A stretch of DNA of 64,000 nucleotides from a bacterium (GTDB lineage Bacteria; Patescibacteriota; Doudnabacteria; UBA920), in contig CP064996.1 of assembly GCA_016699995.1 (NCBI GenBank), positions 754,963 through 818,962 of the forward strand. Direction: 5' to 3'. Of this stretch, positions 54,149 through 61,685 are shown in pieces; within the stretch, counting starts at the first letter, position 1; each line of letters starts with the position of its first letter. The notes under the pieces were generated by a model. The model saw only the letters and a program-made list of their open reading frames with translations, did not search any database and was not told the DNA's origin. The translations under genes and the position numbers were made by a program.

Positions 54149-55693
54149 CTATCTTGCGTATTCAATAACGCGGAAGTCGCGGATAACCTGTACGCGAATT
54201 TCCCCTGGGAACTTAAGTTCGGTTTCCAAGCGGTTAGCAATATTGCGAGCCAGCTTCTGGCAAGCGTAATCATCTAATGCAGTTGGAGTAACAAACACGC
54301 GCAGTTCGCGGCCACCTTGAATAGCATAGGTCTTTTCTACACCTTCAAAGGAATTAGCAATGGCCTCCAAGTCGCCTAAGCGCTTTACATAGTTTTCAAA
54401 GCTGTCCTTACGTGCCCCTGGACGGCTGCCGGAAATGCCATCTGCTGCGTCTACCACCATAGCTTCGATAGAGAACGGTGCGCGGTGAGTAGCATGTTCT
54501 GCTACGTCGGTATCATGGTGATGAGATTCGATAGCTTCAATAACCTTTTCGTCCAAGCCAAACTTTTCTGCAATGCGGCGGCCGATCTCGATGTGAGTGC
54601 CTTCCATATCCTGATCCAGAGCCTTGCCGATATCATGCAGCAACGCACCCTGCTTACAGATCATTTCATCTGCACCAAGCTCGCGAGCGATGAGAGCTGC
54701 GATCTTAGCCATTTCTACAGAGTGAAGCAATACGTTCTGGCCATAAGAAGTACGGAACATCAAGCGTCCAACCAAATGAACCAGTTTCGGCGGGAAGTTT
54801 GTAATGCCAAGTTCGTAAACAGCATCTTCACCAGCCTGCTTAATCTTTTCGTTAACTTCGGCCTTACTCTTTTCGTAAGCTTCCTCGATGCGAGCCGGAT
54901 GAATACGGCCATCCTGCAGTAACTTTTCTAAGGTTAATTTAGCAATATAGCGGCGGATTGAGTTAAAGCCAGAAACCACTACAGTGTCCGGGCTGTCGTC
55001 GATCAAAATTTCCACACCCATCAACTGTTCGAAGGTGCGAATATTGCGTCCTTCTTTACCAATAATACGGCCCTTCATTTCTTCGTTCGGAATTACCACA
55101 GTTGTAGTGGTGCTTTCGGCAGTCACTTCTGTGGCAATACGTTCGATAGCCTGAGCCACGATTTTACGGGCTTCTTTTTCTGCAGATTCATGAGTTTTGT
55201 TAAGCAGCTTGCGATGCAAGCCAAGCATTTCTTCGGAAATGCTTTTTTCTGCATTTTCCATTAATACTTTACCAGCTTCTTCGCGAGTCATGCCGGCAAT
55301 TTTTTCCAAATTAGCCAACTGCTTGGCGCGCAATTCTTTAATTTCCTCCTGGCTTTTGGCCAACTGTTCCTTTTTGGCTTCAATTTCTTCGGTCTTTTTT
55401 TCTAAAGCAGAAGTCTTTTGATCCAAATCCTTTTCGCGGCGATCGATGCGGTCTTCGAATCGCACAATCTGCGCACGAAAATCCTCTTCGGCTTTTTTAG
55501 CCGAATCCGTAATCTCCAAAGCTTTAGCCTTGGCTTCGATCATTAATTCTTTTTCTTTGTTCCTGGCATCTTCCAAGATTTTTTCTGCGCGGCTCTCTGC
55601 TCCGGAAATCTTTTTCGACGCCATGTTCTGGCGAACTACATAGCCGACAATTCCGCCGACAATGAGTCCTGCAATTGCGTATATAAATAACAT
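54149..55693 (-). CDS. rny: Ribonuclease Y.
   Basis: N-terminal TM helix, coiled coil, KH domain, and HD domain (ALLHDIGK). Confidence 0.9.
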   Translation of the reverse strand: MLFIYAIAGLIVGGIVGYVVRQNMASKKISGAESRAEKILEDARNKEKELMIEAKAKALEITDSAKKAEEDFRAQIVRFEDRIDRREKDLDQKTSALEKKTEEIEAKKEQLAKSQEEIKELRAKQLANLEKIAGMTREEAGKVLMENAEKSISEEMLGLHRKLLNKTHESAEKEARKIVAQAIERIATEVTAESTTTTVVIPNEEMKGRIIGKEGRNIRTFEQLMGVEILIDDSPDTVVVSGFNSIRRYIAKLTLEKLLQDGRIHPARIEEAYEKSKAEVNEKIKQAGEDAVYELGITNFPPKLVHLVGRLMFRTSYGQNVLLHSVEMAKIAALIARELGADEMICKQGALLHDIGKALDQDMEGTHIEIGRRIAEKFGLDEKVIEAIESHHHDTDVAEHATHRAPFSIEAMVVDAADGISGSRPGARKDSFENYVKRLGDLEAIANSFEGVEKTYAIQGGRELRVFVTPTALDDYACQKLARNIANRLETELKFPGEIRVQVIRDFRVIEYAR

Positions 55694-56032
55694 AAATAAA
55701 AACCCTTAACCGATTCGAAAGGGTTCTGGCTAGCTATATTTAGTTTTAACTACAAAAGGCCTTAATTTATATTAATTAAGACTTAGTGATTCCTTAATTT
55801 TACGGCTCTGGATAAGCCCCAAAACGGTGTAATTTTTTAAGAAAATAGTAGTTAAACGCATAAGTATTGCTTCCAAAAACTCTCAAATCAGAATTTATAA
55901 TCTAATTTTATGTCTTCAATATACCACTTTTTAAGCCGGAGGGTCAAATACCAGATCACCTATGCATAATTGGTTGATTCTTTACTCCCCAGCAGTTAAT
56001 ATGAATATATAGACTATTAATTCATTTATTTT

Positions 56033-56614
56033 ATGCACGATTCATATGAAGAGGTAATGTCCGACATTCGAGACGAGATGTTCGATATTGCTCCAAAAGT
56101 TGGTCAGCCTGCTCCGGAATTTTCCGAATTGCAAAGCTACCATAAAGGAGAATTTCACAAAGTTTCCCTGAGCGACTATAAGGGCAAGTGGTTAGTGTTA
56201 TTCTTTTACCCTCGCGACTTCACCTTTATCTGTCCGACAGAAATTGAAGAATTCGGCCGACTATATCCAGACTTCCAAAAATTGAACTGCGAAGTCCTTG
56301 GTGCCAGCACCGACAGCGAATTTGCTCACAAGGCCTGGTACGAAACTGATGAACGCTTAAAGGGAGTTACCTATCCGATTATCGCCGATACCACTCAAGA
56401 GCTGGCCGATATGTACGGAGTATTAGACGAAGACGGCTCTGCTCAGCGCGGAACTTTTGTAATCGACCCAGAAGGAACTCTAAAGTTCATGCTTGTATCC
56501 GCTGATTCTGTCGGCCGCAACATTCAGGAAACTCTTCGAGTTGTAGAAGCGGCCCAGACTGGCGAGAAATGCCCAGTAAACTGGAAGCCAGGCCAAGAAA
56601 CATTAGGCAAATAA
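56033..56614 (+). CDS. Peroxiredoxin (AhpC/Prx1-type).
   Basis: FFYPRDFTFICPTEI peroxidatic Cys motif. Confidence 0.85.
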   Translation: MHDSYEEVMSDIRDEMFDIAPKVGQPAPEFSELQSYHKGEFHKVSLSDYKGKWLVLFFYPRDFTFICPTEIEEFGRLYPDFQKLNCEVLGASTDSEFAHKAWYETDERLKGVTYPIIADTTQELADMYGVLDEDGSAQRGTFVIDPEGTLKFMLVSADSVGRNIQETLRVVEAAQTGEKCPVNWKPGQETLGK

Positions 56615-56618
56615 TTAT

Positions 56619-57230
56619 ATGTTCGAAGCAAAACAATTTGAATCTATCAATGGCGTAGAAGGCTTAAGCGGCAAGCTCATGAGCGAGCACTACAAGCTCT
56701 ACGAAGGTTATGTAAAAAAAGCCAATGAGATTCAGGAGAAATTAAAAACTGTAGACTTAAGCGCAGCCAATGCTACTCAATCGGATTTGCGGGCACTAAA
56801 GCTTGGTTACTCTTTCGCAGTTAATGCTATAAAGAGCCACGAGCTTTACTTTACCAACCTATCCGGAAAAGGCGGGCAGCCGCAGGGTTGGCTGGCTAGC
56901 GAAATAGAAAAGACTTTCGGTTCTTACGATAACTGGCTTAAAGACATGAAAGCTACAGGCTTGGCAGCCCGCGGCTGGGTCTGGTTTGCGTTTGATTGGC
57001 AAAACGGCAGCATCTTCAACTATTTAGGCGATGCGCACGATGCTTTTCCTATCTGGCATGCTACACCGCTAGTTGCACTCGATGTTTACGAGCACGCTTA
57101 CATGATGGATTATGGAGTGGCCCGTGCAGACTATATAGACAGCTTCTTTAAGAACCTCAACTGGAATCAGGTAGAAGAATTCGCGTCCAAACTCTACATG
57201 GATAAGTGGACAGAAAACCCTGCTAAATAA
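56619..57230 (+). CDS. sod: Fe/Mn superoxide dismutase.
   Basis: HHxxHH-like N-terminal helix residues and the DVYEHAYMMDYG C-terminal metal-binding motif. Confidence 0.85.
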   Translation: MFEAKQFESINGVEGLSGKLMSEHYKLYEGYVKKANEIQEKLKTVDLSAANATQSDLRALKLGYSFAVNAIKSHELYFTNLSGKGGQPQGWLASEIEKTFGSYDNWLKDMKATGLAARGWVWFAFDWQNGSIFNYLGDAHDAFPIWHATPLVALDVYEHAYMMDYGVARADYIDSFFKNLNWNQVEEFASKLYMDKWTENPAK

Positions 57231-57231
57231 T

Positions 57232-57648
57232 ATGGCCCACGCAAGCTTCAATGTTGGCGTTAAGGCCATTATGAAAAACTCTAAAGGAAAGATCTTGGCG
57301 CTAGAGGCCCACATGAACGGGCCAATGGCTGAGTACTACGATATGCCCGGGGGTAGGATTGACGAAGAAGAAGTTGGAACACCATTCTCAGATATCTTAA
57401 GGAGAGAAATAAGAGAAGAGCTGGGAGATATAGAATTTGATTTAGACCCAAATCCTATTGCTGCAGTAAGCTGGTTATGGCCTAACGGCCAGCCGATGAC
57501 TTTCATCTATTACCCGGCAAAACTTACTGGCGGCGAGCCGCAGATAAGCGAGGAGCATCTATCGTATAAATGGGTGGAGCCAACAGAGGAAGAGCTAGAC
57601 AAATACTTCACCTCTTACCACCGGGCTGCTTTAAAACAAATTGCATAA
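57232..57648 (+). CDS. NUDIX hydrolase.
   Basis: GGRIDEEEVGTPFSDILRREIREELG NUDIX box. Confidence 0.75.
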   Translation: MAHASFNVGVKAIMKNSKGKILALEAHMNGPMAEYYDMPGGRIDEEEVGTPFSDILRREIREELGDIEFDLDPNPIAAVSWLWPNGQPMTFIYYPAKLTGGEPQISEEHLSYKWVEPTEEELDKYFTSYHRAALKQIA

Positions 57649-57676
57649 CAAAAAACCCTCCTTCAGGAGGGTTTTA
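57645..57676. terminator. Bidirectional terminator between NUDIX and rplS.
   Basis: aaccctcc-ttca-ggagggtt. Confidence 0.6.
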
Positions 57677-57679
57677 AAT

Positions 57680-58087
57680 TTATTCAGCCTTAACAGTCTC
57701 TTTCTTTGCAGACTTCTTGTTCTTAGACATAGCTGTTTTGGACTTGGTGGTGTTCTTGCGAACGCGAGGAGTATTGTCGCGCAGCTTGCGTACGTAGTAG
57801 AGCTTAGCCTGGCGAACCAAATCGTCTTTTACAACTTCGATCTTAGCGATGTTGGGGGAGTGCAAGGGGTAAATGCGTTCTACACCGACACCGTTGGAGA
57901 TCTTGCGAACCATAAAAGTTGCATTAGCTCCGGTTCCGCCTTTGCGGGCAATAACCAGGCCTTCGAAGATCTGAATACGTTCCTTGCCGCCTTCTTTAAT
58001 GCGGTTGTGAACCTTAACAGTATAGCCGGTCTTGAAATCTGGGATTTCCTTCAGCTGTTCTGCTTTTAAATTCTTTACAATTGGCAT
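57680..58087 (-). CDS. rplS: 50S ribosomal protein L19 with a Lys-rich C-terminal extension.
   Basis: [27 protein letters not shown]...[13 protein letters not shown]. Confidence 0.9.
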   Translation of the reverse strand: MPIVKNLKAEQLKEIPDFKTGYTVKVHNRIKEGGKERIQIFEGLVIARKGGTGANATFMVRKISNGVGVERIYPLHSPNIAKIEVVKDDLVRQAKLYYVRKLRDNTPRVRKNTTKSKTAMSKNKKSAKKETVKAE

Positions 58088-58100
58088 GTGATTAAATTCT

Positions 58101-59057
58101 TTAAAGTTGATTAACTTTTTGACTATTTAAATTATTGAGGATCGCTTTCAGATCATCCGGAAAGTCGCTTTCCGCTTCGATCCACGATTCGTCCGGCAAC
58201 TGAACTTCAATCTTTTTAGCATGAAGGAACTGCCGATCCAGGCCCAGCTTGCCGGCATTCTTGCCGCCGTATAGCTTGTCTCCCACCAGCGGAAAACCCG
58301 CTGAAGAAAAATGAACGCGTATCTGATGCGTTCTACCTGTGTGTAATTTTACAACAACTAGGGTGTATTCGTCAAGGGTGTCGTCGGTCTCGACAGTGAG
58401 GTATTCCAGCACTTTATACTCGGTTAAAGCCTGTTTTGGCATCACCATATCCTTCTCTTTGGTGGTATAGCGGCGGAAATCCTTCTTGCTTTTACCCAAA
58501 TCTTGTTCAAAAAAGCCATGTTTTTGAGGAATTTTACCTTGAACTAGAGCTATATATTCCTTTTTCACTTTCCTCTCCAAAAATGCATCTTTAAGATGTT
58601 CGTACATTTCCTGAGTAAGCGCTACAAGAATAACCCCGGAGGTTTCCTTGTCCAAGCGATGGACAATGCCGCTGCGCCCTTCTTCGCCCACCAGATGAAT
58701 ATCTTTAAAATGGAACAGCAAAGCCTGTGCCAACGAATCGCCTTTGAAGCCCGCGCCAGGATGTACTGCCATGCCAGCCGGCTTGTCTATTATCAACAAT
58801 CCATGGTTGTTGTACAGTGTTTTAAGAGGAATATTTACCGGCCCTGGCGCTTCTGGCTCGGCGCTTGGCGCGTAGGTTATGTGCGAACCATTACGGATAG
58901 CGCGATGCGGGAGAGTTTCTACTTCACCGTCAACTTTAACAAGACCAGCCTCGATATCCCGCTGAATTTTGCTGCGCGAAATATCTATTAGCTGGTTTGC
59001 TAAAAACTTGTCCAATCGGATCTTTAATTCTTCTACTGTAAATTTATGACTTGTCAT
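58101..59057 (-). CDS. RluA-family pseudouridine synthase (RluD-like) with an S4 domain.
   Basis: [14 protein letters not shown] catalytic Asp motif. N-terminal S4-like segment. Confidence 0.8.
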   Translation of the reverse strand: MTSHKFTVEELKIRLDKFLANQLIDISRSKIQRDIEAGLVKVDGEVETLPHRAIRNGSHITYAPSAEPEAPGPVNIPLKTLYNNHGLLIIDKPAGMAVHPGAGFKGDSLAQALLFHFKDIHLVGEEGRSGIVHRLDKETSGVILVALTQEMYEHLKDAFLERKVKKEYIALVQGKIPQKHGFFEQDLGKSKKDFRRYTTKEKDMVMPKQALTEYKVLEYLTVETDDTLDEYTLVVVKLHTGRTHQIRVHFSSAGFPLVGDKLYGGKNAGKLGLDRQFLHAKKIEVQLPDESWIEAESDFPDDLKAILNNLNSQKVNQL

Positions 59058-59093
59058 GATCGCTTACTCTATTATGATATTTTGGCATCAATA

Positions 59094-60185
59094 CTAACTA
59101 TTGTCGACCCCGCCCCGGCTGGCAACTTCAATCCTGCTAGCGCCAGCATCTTCCTGGCCAATAGCATTTAAAACTCTCACTTTTTCTACCAACCCTTTGG
59201 TCATGCCGGCATAATTGCCGCCACCAGGACTGGTGGCAGTCCCGGCCGTAAATTGAGCGACTGATTCTTCTTGGCTGAATTCTTTTTCCCCATATCCCTC
59301 GCTGACCATTTCGAAAGCTTTAACTACTTTCTCCTGTATCATCCTGCCAAGTATTTTATCTGGACTCTGCACTTCGTTTATATAATCGGTTAAGCTTGGT
59401 ATGTATATAGAGCTGTACTTTAAAGCATAGGGCAAAGTTAAAGTGCGGACTATACTTTCATCGTGATTGCTGCGGTCAGTTTCGATGCTTAAAATTTTGT
59501 GATTAAAATTATCCTTCAAAATCTCCGGGTCGTCTTCTAAATGCCGCAAAAAAGTAATTTGCTCCTGCAATTCTTCCCGTAACTTCTGCCTATCTGCAGA
59601 TTCCTTAGACTCACCGACGATATTTTTGCGGATAGCGCCGATTAGGGCCGAAAAACCGCTTGGCTCTCCCAATAAATTACCATTCTCACGGGCATATTTC
59701 TCTATATTCAGCCGTAACAGAGTTGCCGCAGATTTAACATCATTCCTAGCGCCTTCTGTGAATTTTACGTCCTCTGGGTTTAGTGGCGTTCCTTCCGGTA
59801 ATACTTTAGCTATCCGGGAATAAATTTGATCCCTGCCTAAAGCTAAAATCTCCTTTATAGTCGCATCCGGAAAGTCTTTCTGAATGTCCCGGGCAGTTTT
59901 AAAAAAGGCATCTACCAATAGCTCTGCATTTATCCTGCCCCGGCCCTGAACAATCGATAAATTGCCCAGCAATTCCTTAATATATGAATGACCTTCCTTA
60001 TCCAGCCGCAGCAAATCTGCCGGACGTAATTGATCAACCGGCTTCTCCTGCCAGCGCCTTTCTTCGGATTCCCTGGCTTCGGCAATTTGTTTTTTTCCGA
60101 CTTCTATAAACTCCTGACTTTCCATTTCGTGCTGCATAGCAGTCTCTGGATCCGGAGTGTAACGCGGTTGTTCGAACTTTTCCAT
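59094..60185 (-). CDS. Hypothetical protein (363 aa) inserted in the trmD-rplS ribosomal operon.
   Basis: No recognisable motif. Acidic and helical composition. Confidence 0.5.
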   Translation of the reverse strand: MEKFEQPRYTPDPETAMQHEMESQEFIEVGKKQIAEARESEERRWQEKPVDQLRPADLLRLDKEGHSYIKELLGNLSIVQGRGRINAELLVDAFFKTARDIQKDFPDATIKEILALGRDQIYSRIAKVLPEGTPLNPEDVKFTEGARNDVKSAATLLRLNIEKYARENGNLLGEPSGFSALIGAIRKNIVGESKESADRQKLREELQEQITFLRHLEDDPEILKDNFNHKILSIETDRSNHDESIVRTLTLPYALKYSSIYIPSLTDYINEVQSPDKILGRMIQEKVVKAFEMVSEGYGEKEFSQEESVAQFTAGTATSPGGGNYAGMTKGLVEKVRVLNAIGQEDAGASRIEVASRGGVDNS

Positions 60186-60219
60186 TTTGCTTATTTAAAA
60201 TCTTAGTCGAAGGGCCATA

Positions 60220-60951
60220 TTAATTGAACAAATCTGGCCGACGCTTTTTGGTGCGCTTGCGGCTTTCTTCCTGCCGCCACGCTAAAACGTTCGCATGGTG
60301 CCCTGTTAACAATACGCTAGGGACACGCAGCTTCTTTCCATTAACTTCTAATACTTCAGGCTTGGTATATTGAGGATACTCTAGGAGCAAGTTATCAGAT
60401 TTACTCTTGGGTTCTGAAAAACTTTCATTATCCGCAGATTCATCTTTCCCTAACACGCCCGGCACCAGACGCAACACCGCCTCGCTTATAATCAATGATG
60501 GCAATTCGCCGCCCATTAGCACATAATCACCAACCGAAAGCTCTTCATCCACAAACTTGCGTGCTCTTTCATCAAAACCCTCGTAGCGGCCGGACACAAA
60601 AATTAAATGTTCATATTTTGCCAAACGACGCGCATGGGCCTGGCTAAATACCTTGCCCTGTGGAGTAAGCAGAATGACCCGTGTTTTCTTGCGATTAGCC
60701 GGAGTTAATTTGCCGACTGTTTTGACAATAGCCTTTATAACAACGTCCGGTCGCAACACCATCCCTAAACCGCCGCCATAAGGACGGTCATCTACGGTCT
60801 TGCGCTTGTCCAAACCGAACTTGCGCATATCAACAGCTCCGAATTTTACCAGGCGGTTCTTAATGGCCCGGGCAATAATGCCAAAACTAGTGTACTGTTC
60901 TACAAAATTCGGGAACAAGGTAATAACTGAAATTTTAAAAGTTTTCTTCAT
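60220..60951 (-). CDS. trmD: tRNA (guanine37-N1)-methyltransferase.
   Basis: SPOUT fold motifs (LIFVSGRYEGFDER). Start moved to the internal ATG (MKKTFKISVITLFP), because the upstream track extension covers a structured inverted repeat. Confidence 0.8.
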   Translation of the reverse strand: MKKTFKISVITLFPNFVEQYTSFGIIARAIKNRLVKFGAVDMRKFGLDKRKTVDDRPYGGGLGMVLRPDVVIKAIVKTVGKLTPANRKKTRVILLTPQGKVFSQAHARRLAKYEHLIFVSGRYEGFDERARKFVDEELSVGDYVLMGGELPSLIISEAVLRLVPGVLGKDESADNESFSEPKSKSDNLLLEYPQYTKPEVLEVNGKKLRVPSVLLTGHHANVLAWRQEESRKRTKKRRPDLFN

Positions 60952-60966
60952 ATAAGGGTTCTGGTT

Positions 60967-61069
60967 TATTGATAGCAGCTGATTGCTAAGAACATAGTCC
61001 GCAAACGCACGAGCGAGCCGAACGGCGAAGCGAGGAGTGCTATATCCGGGCAAACAGCTGCTATCAATA
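60967..61069 (-). promoter_or_regulatory. 15 bp perfect inverted repeat (TATTGATAGCAGCTG / CAGCTGCTATCAATA) separated by 73 nt, in the KH-trmD intergenic leader.
   Basis: Arms at 60967..60981 and 61055..61069. It would form a long RNA stem in the trmD 5' UTR. Confidence 0.5.
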
Positions 61070-61165
61070 CCTAAATTTTAACACAAAACCCGCAAAACCG
61101 GCCTTGCGGCACAGTTGCGGGTTTTGATTGTTCTGTCCTGCTACAACTGCAGGCTAAAAGATAAA

Positions 61166-61507
61166 TTAGAGCTTGAAGTCATCCATATCAGCCTGCGCAT
61201 CTTCATGATTGTTGTCAGCCTGAGCTGCATCATCATGAGAACGGCGAGGGCCACGATGAGATCCTTCTGGTTCGTAGATCTTTAGGTTAACACGAGCTTT
61301 GTGCTTAGCGCCAACGACACGCAACAGCGTGCGAAGAGCTTTTGCAGTTTGGCCCATGCGGCCGATAACTTGACCCATATCATTAGGGTTGATGTGCAAA
61401 GTGATAAGAACGCCCATTTCGTCTACGCTGCGTTCGGTCTTTACATCGTCTGGGTTATCAACCAAAGACTTAACTACGAACTCTACAAATGCTTGATCTT
61501 GTTCCAT
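61166..61507 (-). CDS. KH-domain RNA-binding protein (YlqC/UPF0109-like).
   Basis: VIGRMGQTAKALRTLL KH motif plus acidic tail. Confidence 0.7.
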   Translation of the reverse strand: MEQDQAFVEFVVKSLVDNPDDVKTERSVDEMGVLITLHINPNDMGQVIGRMGQTAKALRTLLRVVGAKHKARVNLKIYEPEGSHRGPRRSHDDAAQADNNHEDAQADMDDFKL

Positions 61508-61647
61508 GGTATCTAGTAGTGTTCTGCGAATAGTGGAATTACTGGCTTCGACCTTACTGATTAACAGCCATCTATTTGCTAATTGGAGAATAACATAAAT
61601 TACAGCTTATGTAAAGGAATAACGTCGTTATGGTTAATAAAATATAA

Positions 61648-61670
61648 AAGCCGCGCTTTTGCGCGGCTTT
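61648..61670 (-). terminator. Rho-independent terminator after the repeat surface-protein gene.
   Basis: aaagccgcgc-tttt-gcgcggcttt. Confidence 0.6.
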
Positions 61671-61685
61671 GATTGTCGACAATCG

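Noticed and set aside
55700-56032. PerR/Fur-like box upstream of the peroxiredoxin-SOD genes (TTTATAATCTAATTTTAT).
   Set aside because: Only a partial match to the 7-1-7 TTATAATNATTATAA consensus in a very AT-rich intergenic region. Insufficient to call.
60952-61053. N-terminal extension of the trmD track ORF (MPGYSTPRFAVRLARAFADYVLSNQLLSINQNPY).
   Set aside because: It covers a 15 bp inverted-repeat arm and has non-protein-like composition. The conserved TrmD sequence starts at the internal ATG.
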